Positions 24,588-37,800 of a stretch of DNA of 64,000 bases are shown piece after piece. The DNA is taken from positions 52,390,001 through 52,454,000 of the forward strand of contig CM059440.1 in the NCBI GenBank assembly GCA_030390025.1. The letters run 5' to 3'. A program made the translations under genes and the position numbers. Position 1 is the stretch's first letter. Each line of letters starts with the position of its first letter. The DNA comes from Squalus acanthias (Eukaryota). Below the pieces are notes generated by a model that saw only the letters and a program-made list of their open reading frames with translations, made no database searches and was not told the DNA's origin.

Positions 24588-27018
24588 AGTCTTTAAATGT
24601 AACTGTGTCCTTGCACACATTAGAATGAACGATCTACACAGTTTCAGGTGGTCTTTTCACCATTTAGCAATGGCCCAAAGCAATAACAGTAGTTTCACTT
24701 GTAATGTTGGGTCATTTTAATGGGCAAGGTGGATAATTCCCAAGTAAACATTGTTCATGGAGCTGAAAAGAATATTTCAAAGAAACAGCTCCGTCTATTT
24801 TGTGATGTTTACTAGTCATGTTGCTGCAGATGCTGCAGTACTTTTCTATGTCCATTTGGTGCGGTGAGGTGAGGGAACCAAAGTTTCTATTTCAGTAGAT
24901 CACAGGAAATATCAACCCAGGAAATAACTCTTCAGGGGAAGAGAGAAAATGCAGAAGTGGGGATAATTACTTCTTAGTGCTTTCCTGTCTTCAAGATTAA
25001 ATCTCTTGCAACAATGTTGTTACTAATCTATTTGTTTTATTTCACAGCTCAGTTTCAAGTCCACACCCCAGAAGCACCAGTGTCTACGGTCAGTACACGG
25101 TGCTGAGTTACTGCTCAGAGTGAATCGTCACTGGATCTGCTGTTCATCAGTTGGCAACGTGTTGAGACGGAGGAAGTTGTTTATAGTTATTGTGGAAAAA
25201 AGCTACTGAGTCGCCAAAGCCCTCGGTATTCGGGGAGGACAAGCTTATTCCCAGAGGAGTTAAAACAAGGGAACGTTTCGGTGAAGCTGGACAGAGTGAG
25301 ACCAGAGGATGCTGGACAGTATGTGTGCTTTGTCAGTAATGGTAAAGGAAGTGGCCAGGGCATTGTGTCTCTAATATTTGCAGGTACATGCTTCTTTCAG
25401 TTTTAATTTTTGTTCTCAGTGCTGCAAAATTAAAGTCATGCTTCTTGGCCTCCCCTGATGGCTCAGTGAGTCTCACCATTGAGTGCCTGAGCCGTACAGA
25501 CCAGGTTTGATGTCCAGACTGTGCTGGTTTAGCTCCTCTCCGCTGGAGCAGTGCTATTGGTGCAATCGACACATCTCGGTTAGGGTTGGCACTCCCGTTT
25601 GCTATTCAGCAAGTACTGCCTGTGGACGGCTCCAGGATCGGGCTGAACTGTGATGGCCTCGCAGGTGAAAAGCCCACTGATATTTACCATCAAGGGTTAC
25701 GTATGATTTTGGCTGAACAGCTGCCAGCAGGATATTGTGGGATTTTCACCTTCAACTTGATCATTTGGTACAATGATTTGAATATCTCCAAATTGATCAC
25801 AAACAGCAATATCTACTATTCTGTTTGTATTTGGATTTGTTGTTTTTGAGCATTAAAAGCTTTTATTGCAATTTTCAATTAGTTATTAACTGGAACAAAA
25901 TTCCTAGTTGGCATTATTTTTATCAAGTTTATTTCTTGTTTCTAATGACCCTTTTGTAAAATCTACAGCATACTACAAGGAACCTGACTTTTTTATCCAG
26001 TTAACACCATCCGGGACAGTGTTCAGATTCGAGTCCCAAGGTTACCCTGAGGCTACTGTTTCCTGGTACAATGAAGAAAATGAGGATATTTCTACACTGT
26101 CTGAGACTTCGTACCAACAAAGTGGAGATGGTCTATACTCCCTGCAGAGTATTCTGCAAATCAATGACACCAATAGGAGTTCGAACTACACATTCAGATT
26201 AAGAAATGATGTTCTACACCAATCAGTTTCTCGAACATTTGGTCTTTCTGTAGGTAAGTTGTGTCCTACACTCAGTACTCATAACCTCCAGTTGTCTTGC
26301 GATACAATGCTGAATCACGACATCTTGATCTCCATGCCATTTGAAGTAAAGGAAATCTTCTTTCAGTTCTTCAGAAACTTCTGTTCCAGTCTCTGGTTCC
26401 ACAAGTATAAACGGCTGCACCTTTTTAACTTTCATGGCCCTACACTTCTTGACTTATCAATGTTCTTGGCCTCACTATCTCCCAAGACCACAAATGGAGC
26501 TGCTGCATTGCTCGGCTGCTCAAAAGCTGTTTCCTCGTTTGTGCCAAACACTTCTTACCAAATACCTTTAACTCTCTATAGCTCGAGTCCTTTTGTGACT
26601 TGGATTCTGCTCCCATATTTGGGAAGAATCTCCTTAATGTCTCCCTCGCACCTTGGAGAGGATATAAGAAGCTCTCTCTATGCTGTATTGTACCCTCCAC
26701 GCTATGTAAACTTCAGCTCATCCAAAACTCTGCTGCCCTTCTCCTATCCTGCACTACGATCTGCTAACCCTCCCCCTGTGCTCGCTGGCCTACATTAGCT
26801 CCTGGCTACCAACGCCTCAAATTTAAAATTCTTATCCTTGTGGTTAAGTCCCTTCATGGCCTCGTCCCTCCTTATCTCTCTGTACCCTTCTCTGGACCTA
26901 CAACCCTCTGAGACCTCTGCATTGCTCCAACTCTGGCATCTTGTGAATTCCCTACTGCCATCGCCCTGCCACTGGCAGCCATCTATAGCTTGTGCTCCAG
27001 AATTCCCTGGATAAACCT

Positions 27019-27030
27019 CTGTGTGTGTGT

Positions 27031-27083
<53 letters not shown>
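27019..27083. repeat. (GT)n(CT)n compound microsatellite
   Basis: Seen directly in sequence. Confidence 0.95.
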
Positions 27084-27087
<4 letters not shown>

Positions 27088-27154
27088 TTTTAAAACTTTC
27101 CTTAAAATCCACCTCTTTGACCAAGCTTTTAGTCACCCCTTCTAATATCTCTCT

Positions 27155-27580
27155 TGGGTGTCAGCCTTGCATCAGGTAGGAGAATGTTGTGGGTTCAAGC
27201 CCAACTCGAGACTTGAGCACAAAAATCTAGGCTGACACTCCAGCACTGCTGAGGGAGTGCTGCACTGTCGGAGGTGCTGCCTTTCAGATAAGACGTTAAA
27301 CCGAGGCACCGTCTGCTCTCAGGTGGACATAAGATCCCATGGCACTATTACGAAGAGCAGGGGAGTTCTCCCTGGTGTCCTGACTATTATTATCCTTCAA
27401 CCAACATCACTTTATTAAAAAAATAAAATTAATTATCTGGTCATTATCTAATTACTGTTTGTGGGAGCTTGCTGTGTGCAAATTCACTGCTACGTTTCCT
27501 GCATGTCAACAGTGACCACTTAAAGTACTTCATTGGCTGTAAAGTGCTTTGGGGTTGTGAAAGGTGCTGTATAAATACGT
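27155..27580 (+). mobile_element. Full DeuSINE copy in intron 3 (paralog 53445-53835)
   Basis: tRNA-like head, central domain and tail aaggtgctgtataaat. Confidence 0.75.
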
Positions 27581-28371
27581 GTTTTTTTTTTGGCTGATTA
27601 CGCTACTGTGAAGCACCTTGGGATGTTTTTCTACATTAAAGGTGCTATATCAATGCACTTTGTTTCTGGTTTCGGCTACTACTGTGTTATCCAATGTTTA
27701 AAAATACTTTCACCATAGAATTACATTCTTAAATGCGGTCGTGCTTTTCTGGTGGTTGTATTTTAAACTATTAGCACTGAAACCACTGCTGTAATGATCA
27801 ATAGTTTTCTTTTTTCCACAGAAATGAAAACTGATCACGTTTTAAAAAGAAATCGCTGGATGCTTGCAGTCACTCTCCTTGCTATTGTATTTATAATTTT
27901 AATTCTAGTCATAGCCGTGTGCAAGAAACGTGTTTCACTGGCAAATGGAGAGAAACAAAATGAACACGGCATTACGTGATGGATCATTCAAAAAAATGCA
28001 TGTGATTGGACGCTGCCCATTCAGCCATGAAAACTGATATTTATTGCCGCAACATAGTGGGTTACTGCTATTCGCAGCCTTGTGCAAATGTGGACACGTC
28101 TTCTTAACCCTCACTACTAAATATCAACACACAGAATAAGAAGTGCCATCTGATTGGTCCCTTTTCTCATTTGTAACTTCCAAACTCTTATTTATTAAAT
28201 ATAACAGTGTATTTTGTCCATCTTCTGCTGGACCAGGAGTGGTCATCTTCTGCTGGACCAGGACAGCTTAATGCAATAAAGCTTTGTATTTAATTCTATT
28301 TTCTTCTTTTGTCATTGTGTCGAAGAATTGCTTTCGTTCTTTTAGCACCCTGTCCTCCTTTTAGTTTAACA

Positions 28372-28525
28372 NNNNNNNNNNNNNNNNNNNNNNNNNNNNN
28401 NNNNNNNNNNNNNNNNNNNNNNNNNNNNNNNNNNNNNNNNNNNNNNNNNNNNNNNNNNNNNNNNNNNNNNNNNNNNNNNNNNNNNNNNNNNNNNNNNNNN
28501 NNNNNNNNNNNNNNNNNNNNNNNNN
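28372..28525. other. Assembly gap (154 N)
   Basis: N run. Confidence 1.
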
Positions 28526-29175
28526 CATCTGACCAGTCAGTTGCAAATTTAAGGTTGGCAGCAGAAATGCGAGGTTATACCTATCAGGAAAGGATGAACA
28601 GGCTGGGTCTCTTTTCTCTTGAAAAGAGAAGGCTGAGGGGTGACCTAATAGAGGTCTTTAAAATTATGAAAGATTTTGATAGAGTAGACACAGAAAGAGT
28701 GTTTCCACTTGTGGGGAAGTGTAAAAAGAGAAAGAGCTGGAAATCTGAAACAAATTCACAAAAACACATGGCAGGTCCATCAACATCTGTAAAGGGTTTA
28801 CACTCTGCCTCAGAACTGAAGATTGGACTCTGAGTAATGAACTAGACAGCTGTTGGCACCTGTGCACCACACAACACTTGAGTTACCACCTGCAGGAGAG
28901 GAGAAAATTGGAGGTAAAATACCAATAAAAGTGTCCCTTTTAGATTGTGGGCAGAAGAGAAGGCTGATGTTCGTGAGGAGTTCGACAGGTTTGAGGCCTG
29001 GGGAAAGAATTAGTGTTGGAAAGCAGTGAAACCAATCTTGATTTCAACACAATGGAGATGCCGGGAGGAGGAAGAGTTTGCACGACAGTGAATTTACAGT
29101 TAATAAGGAACAAGAGAGGTAAATTCGGGGAAGCACTGACCATAGCAGTATTCATAAAATAGAAACAAGAAAGAC

Positions 29176-29346
29176 TAGAAACATAGAAAATAGGTGCAGG
29201 AGTAGACCATTCGGTCCTTCGAGCCTGCACCGCCATTTAATGCATTCATGGCTGAACATGCTACCTCAGTACCCCATTCCTGCTTTCTCGCCATACCCCT
29301 TGATCCCCCTAGTTGTGAGTATTATATCTAACTCCCTTTTGGAGAT
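29176..29346 (-). mobile_element. Short CR1 3'-end insertion specific to duplication unit A
   Basis: agaaacatagaaa tail; the paralog at about 56095-56110 has the empty site aagac|tgcagtag. Confidence 0.8.
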
Positions 29347-29384
29347 TGCAGTAGAAAGAGAGGTTGGAAGCTATAGGTGAGAGG

Positions 29385-29775
29385 GATTTTTTTTTAATTC
29401 ATTCACATGATGTGGGCATCACCTGCAAGGCCAGCATTTATTGCCCATCTCTAACTGCCCTAGAGAAGGTGGTGGTGAGCCATCATTTCAGAGGGCAGTT
29501 AAGAGTCAATGACAGTGCTGTGGGTCACATTATCGGCCAGACCAGCAGATTTCCTTCCCTAAAGGACATTAGTGAGCCAGATGGGTTTTTATGACAATCT
29601 AGTAGTTTCACAGTCACCATTACTGACACTAGCTTTTTATTCCAGATTTGTTTTATTAACTGAATTTAAATTCCCCAGCTGCCATGGTGGGATTTGAACT
29701 ATACGTCTAACCCTACATCATTAGTCCAAGCCTACTGGATTACTAGTCCAGTAACATAACCACTATGCCACGATA
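29385..29775 (-). mobile_element. Second tRNA-derived SINE family (paralog 56140-56525)
   Basis: Minus-strand head ggcatagtggttatgttactggactagtaatccag...gttcaaatccc; 3' tail shared with the LINE at 44510-45227. Confidence 0.7.
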
Positions 29776-30434
29776 CCCTATTAGACAACAAGCTTTTAGC
29801 TTTTTCCTGTCTAGAACGTGAGGAGGGTGTCGGAAGGGAATGCGATTACAATTTTCTTGCATGCAGCACACCAAGGAATCCTTCCCCTATATTGCTTATC
29901 ACATGATGATTATGAATGAGGAAGGCCAATCAGCCCATCTTAATTCACCCATTCAGAGAGATCCTAAAGTCTTCCCTGTTATGAGGTGTGCATAGGAAAT
30001 GGCTAAGTTAGGATACCTCGACCTGAGGAGAAAGCATTGAGTGAATGCCTTGAAAAATGTATTTATTATGAGTGAATTATTATAAGTGAAAGAGCATTAA
30101 AAAGCTTCCTGAATGTAATAACATTTGTTATGGTGGCATCGGCATAAACATGCAGAATGTCCTTTGCCTTGTGTAAATGCCAGATTCTGTGCTCCCGGAG
30201 GAACGCCACGCTGGAAGGGAGCAGAGGTTGGGGATGTGAGCTGCTGCACTGTAGCCCCAATCCTCTGACCCTCACTCCCTGCGAGGCACAAATCCCCACT
30301 GGGAGCCGGGATTGCAAGTATTATATGGAGGATGGATGGGGATTGGACGGTGGGGGGTGTTGGTGATTCTGAGGGAAATGCAGTAACATTTGTAAATAGT
30401 GGGCAAATGCCATGTGGTTAAGCATCACGAGAGA

Positions 30435-30872
30435 AAAGAAAGACTTTCATTTATATAGCGCCTTTCGGGACATCCCAGAGTGCTTTACAGCCAATGAAGC
30501 ACTTTTTGAAGTGTTGTCACTGTTGGAATGTGGCAGCCAATTTGTGCACAGCAAGCTCCCACAAACAGCAACGTGATAATGACCAGATAATCTGTTTTAG
30601 TGATGTTGATTGAGGGGTAAATATTGGCCCCAGGACACCGGGGATAACTCCCCTGCTCTTCTTCGAAATAATGCCACGGGATCTTTTACATCCAGCTGAG
30701 AGCGCAGAGGGGGCCTCAGTTTAACGTCTCATCTGAAAGACGGCACCTCCGACAGTGCAGCACTCCCTCAGCACTGCACTGGGAGTGTCAGCCTAGATTC
30801 TTGCGCTCAAGTCTCTGGGGTGGGACTTGAACCCATGACCTTCTGACGCGGGTGCTACCAACTGAGCCACAC
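30435..30872 (-). mobile_element. Full-length DeuSINE copy (paralog 57185-57622)
   Basis: Complete head (gtggctcagttggtagcac...ggttcaagtccc), central domain and tail. Confidence 0.8.
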
Positions 30873-32394
30873 ACGTGTCACGTGATCAAATCTCCAGGAA
30901 TACTTCAAATCAGAATTGGCATCCCCAGTTGGGCTGTGTCCTGGGGTGGTTAATCGTTTACTTGTTGCAGACTATAATATACAGAATTATGAAATAAAGC
31001 TGTTCACCTTGCTCCCTCTGTTTTTTGGAGGGGAAAAAGATAGCTGGCCTGCAGGTCAAGCTTTGGAGAGAGGATGACATTGCTGGGGGGCTATTGCATG
31101 TGAGATTTAATCAATGTGCTGAGTAATACACCAGTTGCTATTGTCGTCATTTTGGACTTGTCCTTTGATATTGTACACAGTCTGATAGGAGAAGTATACC
31201 TCAGCTGTGGTTCAGTGTGTAGCACCCTCGCCTCTGAGTCAGAAGCCACAAAACATTGCTTCTTCTGCACTGATCGTGCAAAAAGCACCTGTTTGTATTT
31301 TGGGTGAAAGTTGATCCTCCATTCTAGTCTTACATCACTTTGCCACTTGTGTATCACTGCCCTGGAGGAGTGAAGTAGACAACAGTTGACAGACAGTAAT
31401 GTGCTCTGCTCCACTATTGCTGTGATCGTTAAATGGCAGCTCTCCTGATTTAGGTTCCATCTCCTGCTGCTAATTTCAAATTGCAGCCTGCCCACGCAGG
31501 ATAAACAGACAAAAAATCAATTTAAAAATCAGCAGTGGGAGCCTGGACGGGAATTGGGAGGAACAGTTGCTATTTAAATATCACAGTGCTGAAGGAGTGG
31601 AACGGAGCAATATTTACTATTAACAGCCGATAAGAGTGAGCACGGGGCTGCAACAAGGGGGCAGGTAATGTGGCTTCGAAACGGAATCACCCGCACTGCT
31701 CCAGGAGTGGCCGAGCTACACTGCGGGATGGCAGCACCAGTGAAGGACTGCCTGCTGCTCTGTGTGCTGGGGCAATTCCCCGGAGCCAGTTTCAGGAGCA
31801 CCGGGGCCTTGTTGCCAGGGTGGCCGGGATTGGGATGGTGGTGACGGGGGAGGAGGGCAGGTTGTTTTTAGAGTTTTACACGGTGACCTCTCCTCCAATG
31901 CCCGTTCGGTTGCGCTGTGCAGTTGTGGCGCTGCTCAGGCACACCAGCTGCATAATTTAAAAAAAGAAATCAGGAGCCTATTGAGCCTCGGGCACAACTT
32001 GTGCACTGGTGCCCAGCCCGCTCTGACTCACCACCTTATTTACACAAGCCAAGCACCTCAGGTATTTGGAAGGCGCCACCCCACATTTTCCCAGGAAGGA
32101 CGCACCATCGTGTTATCAGCCCCATCTTTTCCAACAGAGTAAACAAAGCCGCTGTTTGTTCTTGTATAACTGATAACATTTTCGTGCACAAATCTTCCTA
32201 AATTCCTGGGTACATGCCTTACACATGAAGAAAGAGAAAAGCAGACAGAAATTCAGAGAGAGACAGAAAGAATTAGCCAGTGGAAGCAGAGCAGAATGGA
32301 TTACAGAAATTCAGAGAGAATTAGAGAGGAGCAGAGCAACATTGACAGAAATTCAGCGAGAGGCCATAAAGAGAACAAAGTACTGGGACTAGAG

Positions 32395-34480
32395 TAATAG
32401 AATACAGAAGGGGCGGGGGGTAATGTTAAATGTAGATAGAACCTTGGTTAGACCACACTTGGAGAATTCTGTGCAGTTCTGGTCTCCACACTACAAAAAG
32501 CTTTGAAGAAAGTGCCAAAAAAGATTCACGAGGATGGGGGAATCCAGAACAAGAGGCACAATCTTAAATTTAGAGCCAGGCCATTTAGGAGTGAAATCAG
32601 GAAGCACTTTTTCCACACAAAGGGTGGTGGATCTGGAACTCGTTCTCCCAAAAGACTGTGAATGCCGGGTCAATTGAAATTTTCAACACTGAGATTGATA
32701 GATTTTTATTCGGTAAGCATCTAAAGGATTATGGAGCAAATGGATTTGAGGTGCAGATCAGCCAAGATCGAATTGAATGGCGGAATAGGCTCGATGGGCT
32801 GAATGGCCTCCTCCTGTTCCTATGATAGGGTAGATGTGGAAAAATTGCTTCCACTTGTGGGTGAGTCAAGAACAATGGGATATCAATATAAGATAGCCAC
32901 TAACTGATCAAAAAAAGAATTTAGGAGGAATTTCTTTACACAAAGGGTGGTGTAGGGTTCCCAGCCCTCCCGCTATCTATCGGAATGGGCGATTGGTCTC
33001 TGAAACGTTGCTGCTGGCGACTCGGGAGAAACGGTCCGTGTATGCGCGGTTCGCGCACCCGCAGTATTCTGGCTGTCGTGCCTTGCAGCCAATTCGCATT
33101 GTCTGGGCCTTGCTGGTCCCCCAGCTATTGTCTCTCCTCATTCTTCCTACCAAAATGTATCTTTTGTGTGTTGAATTTCATCTGCCGTGAGTCCACCCAT
33201 TCCACCAGCCTGTCTGTGTCCTTTTTAAGTCTATTACTATCCTCCTGATTGTTTACTACACTTCCAAGTTTTGTATCATCTGCAAATTTTGAAATTGTGC
33301 CCTATACCCCCAGGTCCAAGTCATTAATGTCTATGAAAAACAGCAGTGGTCCTAGTCCTGAACCCGGGGGAACTCCACTGTACACCTCCCTCCAGTCCGA
33401 GAAACAACCATTAAATAGAATATACAGCACGGAAGCAGGCCATTTGGCCCAACCAGTCCATGCTGGGGTTCATGTTCCACTCGAGTCTTCTCCCATCCTT
33501 CCTCATACGAACATATGACATACGTACAATGACGGACAGGTAAAGACCCTCTGGTCCATCCAGCCTGTCCCACACAATTGCGATACCTTGTGTATCACAA
33601 TATATACACTCTCCACCCCACCCGAAACCATGTGATCTCCTGGGAGAGGCAAAAAACATAAAAACCCAGGCCAATTTGGGAAAAAAATCTGGGAAATTCC
33701 TCTCCAACCCATCTAGGCGATGGAAACTACTCCAGGAGATCACTCTGGCCCTGAATACCCTGCAGTGCCTACCTTCTGTAAGAGGTGATCTCCGCCCCAG
33801 CCAGAAACAGGTCCAGCTCTCGCTGGAAGGAATTCACGAATCAGAGTCCACCGCACGTGACAGCAGCCTGTTCCAAAGGCCCACTACTCTCTGGGAAAAG
33901 AACCATCTCCTGGTATCTAACCTAGATCTTGCCTTGTACAACTTCAATTTGTGACTACTGGTCCTCCCTGACCTAACTATCATCTAACTCTATCAGCATT
34001 TCCTCTATTCCCTTCTCCCTCAAATGCTTATCTAGCTTCCCCTTAAATGCATCTATACTATTCGCCTCAACCTTTGGAACAGAGGAGGCTGAGGGGAGAC
34101 TTGATTGAGGTGTATAAAATTATGAGTGGCCCAGTTAGACTGGATAGGCAGAACCTATTTCCCTTAGCAGAGGGGTCAATAACCAGGGGGCATAGATTTA
34201 AAGTAATTGGAGAAGGATTAAAGGGGAGTTGAGGAGAACTTTTTTCACCCAGAGGGTGGTGGGGTTCTGGAACTCTCTGCCTGAAAGGGTGGTCGAGGCA
34301 GAAACCCTCATCACATTTAAAAAGTACTTGGATATGCACTTGAAGTGCCGTAAGCTACAGGGCTTTTATAGAAATTTCTATGATTCTATGACCACTCCCT
34401 GTGGTAGCGAGCTCCACATTCTCACCACTCTCTGGGTAAAGAGGTTTCCTCTGAATTCCCGATTTCATTTCTTGGTGACT
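32395..34480. mobile_element. Cluster of old nested CR1 3' fragments in both orientations (paralog about 59130-61290)
   Basis: Repeated RRLRGDLIEVYKI and FFTQRVV..WN remnants plus CR1 3'UTR motifs. Confidence 0.7.
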
Positions 34481-34882
34481 ATCTTAAAAGAAAAATAATT
34501 TGCATTTCTATAGCACCTTTCACGACCACCGGTCGTCCTAAAGCGCTTTACAGCCAATGAAGCACTTTTTGAAGTGGAGTCACTGTTGGAATGTAGGAAA
34601 TGCAGCATCCAATTTGTGCACCGCAAGCTCCCACAAACAGCAATGTGATAATGACCAGATCGTCTGTATTAGTGATGTTGATTGAGGGATAAATATTGGC
34701 CAGGACACCGGTAAAGGTATCTTATATGGATACCCTCTAGTTTTGCTCATCCCCACAAGTGGATACACTCTCTCTTTGAGTCTACTCCAACAAAGCTTTC
34801 CATAGATATAAGAACTGAGAGGTTATATCTATCAGGAATGATTGACCAGGCTGGGGATCTTTTCTCTAGAAAAGAGAAAAGT

Positions 34883-37800
34883 TTTCTTCTTAGGCAGTCC
34901 CTCGTAACCGAGGATGACTTGCTTCCACACTAAAAATGAGTTCTCAGGTGACTGATGAGTCCAATGCGGGACCAACAGTCTCTGTCACAGGTGGGGCAGA
35001 CGGTGGTTGAAGGGGCGGGTGGGTGGGGTGCTTGGGTTGATGTGCGCTCCTTCCGCTGTTTGCGCTTGGCTTCCGCTTGCTCCCAGCGAAGTGACTCGAG
35101 GTGTTCGGCGCCTTCCCGGATGCTTCTCCTCCACTTTGTGCATGCTTGGGCCAGGGATTCCCAGGTGTCGGTGGGGATGTTGTACTTTTTCAAGGAGGCT
35201 TTGAGGGTGTCCTTGAAGCGTTTCCTCTGCCCACCTGGGGCTCTCTTGCCGTGTTGGAGCTCCAAGTAGAGCGCTTGTTTTGGGAGTCTCGTACCGGGCA
35301 TGCAGACGATGTGACCCGTCCATCAAAGTTGATCGAGCATGGTCAAAGCTTCGATGCTGGGGATGTTGGCCTCAGAGAGAACACTGACGTTGGTGTGCCT
35401 ATCCTGCCAATGGATTTGCAGGATCTTGCAGAGGCATCGTTGGTGGTACCTCTCCAGTGCTTTGAGGTGCCTGCTGTACATAGTCCATGTCTCTGAAGCA
35501 TACAGGAGGGCGGGAATCACTACTGCTCTGTACACCATGAGCTTGGTGCTGGGTTTGAGGTCTTGGTCTTCAAACACACTCTTCCTCAGGCGACCGAAGG
35601 CTGCACTGGCACACTAAAAGCGGTGTTGGACTTTGTCATCGACGTCTGCCCCTGTTGACAGTAGGCTCCCGAGGTATGGAAAGTGGTCCACGTTGTCCAA
35701 GGCCTCATCATGGATTTTGATAATCAGGGAGCAGTACTGTGTGGCGGGAGCAGGTTGGTAGAGGACCTTTGTCTTATGGATGTTTAGTGTAAGGCCCATG
35801 CTCTCGTACGCATCAGTGAAGGTGTTGCCAATGGATTGGAGTTTGGCCTCAGAGTGTGCACAGACGCAAGTGTCGTCTGCATACTGTAATTCGATGACAG
35901 AGGATGGGATGACCTTGGATCTGGACTGGAGGCGACAGAGGTTGAACAGTTTCCCGTTTGTTCTGTTGATTAGCTCCACTCCAGCGGGGAGCTTACTGAG
36001 GGTGAGATGGAGCATTGCAGCCAGGAAGATCGAGAAGAGCATTGGTGCGATGACACAGCCTTGCTTGACCCTGGTCCGTACGTGAATTGGTTCTGTGGTG
36101 GAACTGTTGGTCAGGATCACGGCTTGCATGTCGTCGTGAAGCAGGCGGAGGATGGTGACAAACTTTTGAGGGCAGCCGAATTTGAGGAGGACACTCCATA
36201 ATCCCTCACGGTTGACAGTGTCAAAGGCCTTTTTGAGGTCAAAGAAGGCCATGTACAGCGGTTGGTGCTGTTCCCTGCATTTCTCTTGCAGTTGATGCGC
36301 GGTGAAGATCATGTCCATTGTGCCCCTTGGACGGCGGAATCCACATTGCGACTCTGGGAGGAGCTCTTCAGCCACTGGGAGAAGGCGATTTAGGAGGATT
36401 CTTGTGATGACTTTCCCTGTGGCAGACAGCAGGGAGACTCCTCTGTAATTACCGCAATCGGACTTGTCACCTTTCTTGAAGATGGTCACGATTACGGCAT
36501 CTCTGAGATCCCCTGGCATGCTCTCCTCCTTCCAAATAAGAGAAATGAGTTCATGTATTTGTGCCAATAGTGCTTCTCCGCCATGTTTTAGCGCCTCGGC
36601 GGGGATTCCATCTGCTCCTGAGGCCTTGTTGTTCTTCAGTTGTCGGATGGCCTTTTCAACCTCATGCTGGGCTGGAGTTGTGCTGAGATGGTGGCGGGTA
36701 GCATGCTGCGGGATGGAGTTGAGGACACTCGCGTCGAAGACAGAGTCTCGGTTAAGGAGATCTTCAAAGTGCTCCTTCCAGCGGGTACTGACTGCCTCTC
36801 TGTCCTTGATGAGTACCTCTCCATTCTTTGCCCGGAGTGGGGTAGGACCTTAGGTGCTTGGGCCGTAGGTGGTCTTGACTGCGCTAAAGAATCCATGCAC
36901 GTTATGGTTGTCAGCTAGCTGCTGGATTTCCTGCACTTTCTCCACCCACCATCTGTTCTTTAGGTCGCGAGTTTTTTGTTGGACCTCGGCCTTCAGGCAT
37001 CTGTAGAGCTGCTTTCTTTCTCTCGAGTTCTGTTGCTGTTTCCAGATCAGGAATGCCTTGCGCTTGCGGCTTTTTAGCTCCTGGATCTCCTGGTCGTTCT
37101 CGTCGAACCAGTCTTGGTGTTTCCTGGTCGAGTGACCGAGCGTCTCTTCACAAATGCTGAATATGGAGGCCTTGAGTGCAGACCAGCCGCTGTGGACACT
37201 CTGGGCTGGATTTTCCTTAACCCGCGGAGGTGGGTTTGGAGGCGTGTGGGGGGTTAAAATTGCGAAAACTGGCGGGTGGGCACAAGCCCGCCTCCATGCA
37301 ATCTTCATTAAATCGTGTCTGCTGGTCCCGCCTCCAAGAGGCGGGATAGGCTGTTAAGGCCCTTAACAAGCACTAAATTGCCTCTATAATGCCATTTTGA
37401 AAGGCCTTTGTGATTTTAACCCTTTTTCTACGTGAAGCACGCCTGTTCTGAACCACGAATGTGAAACCTGGTGGGAACACATTTGGATAGCTGACTATAG
37501 CTGACTATGACTGACTGGCTGGCTATGGGGATGGATGCATATATGGATGGCTATGGGGATGGATGGATGCATATATGGATGGATGGGGAGGAGACATATC
37601 TGGGAGTGGTGGTGCAAAAATATCTGGGAGCAGAATTAGGGCTGCTGCTGCTCATTTTGCCTCCAGGTCCTCTCACAGCAAAGGCCAGGCAGTCTTTGCA
37701 GACCTTCAATGCATCAGCAATGATGACATCATCAAAGGCGGCTTTCAGACTGAAAACACTAATTGGGTCATGGGTTCCCACATGCTGGAACTCAATTGCC

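Larger units (their letters stand above)
24422..27979 (+). pseudogene. B7-family (CD276/B7-H3-like) gene copy 2, pseudogene
   Basis: Exons 24422-24476, 25048-25383, 25969-26253, 27822-27979; AATAAA 28275-28280. Deletions of 7 and 8 nt in IgV remove the B-strand Cys codon and create TGA at 25104-25106. Confidence 0.85.

Noticed and set aside
25104-25106. TGA near the IgV Cys position as possible selenocysteine
   Set aside because: It arises from a frameshifting deletion; no SECIS recognised.
25908-26798. Long ORFs extending the IgC exon (also 16782-17474 and 51727-52248)
   Set aside because: Read-through into intron 3 past a strong GTAAGT donor; the extension is not frame-conserved among copies.
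30780-30872. tRNA genes at SINE heads
   Set aside because: A/B boxes run into SINE bodies and no complete cloverleaf is evident.
31400-32200. GC-richer segment with several ORFs conserved at 58170-58940
   Set aside because: Conservation is explained by the recent duplication and indels break the frames; probably an old transposon remnant I cannot classify.
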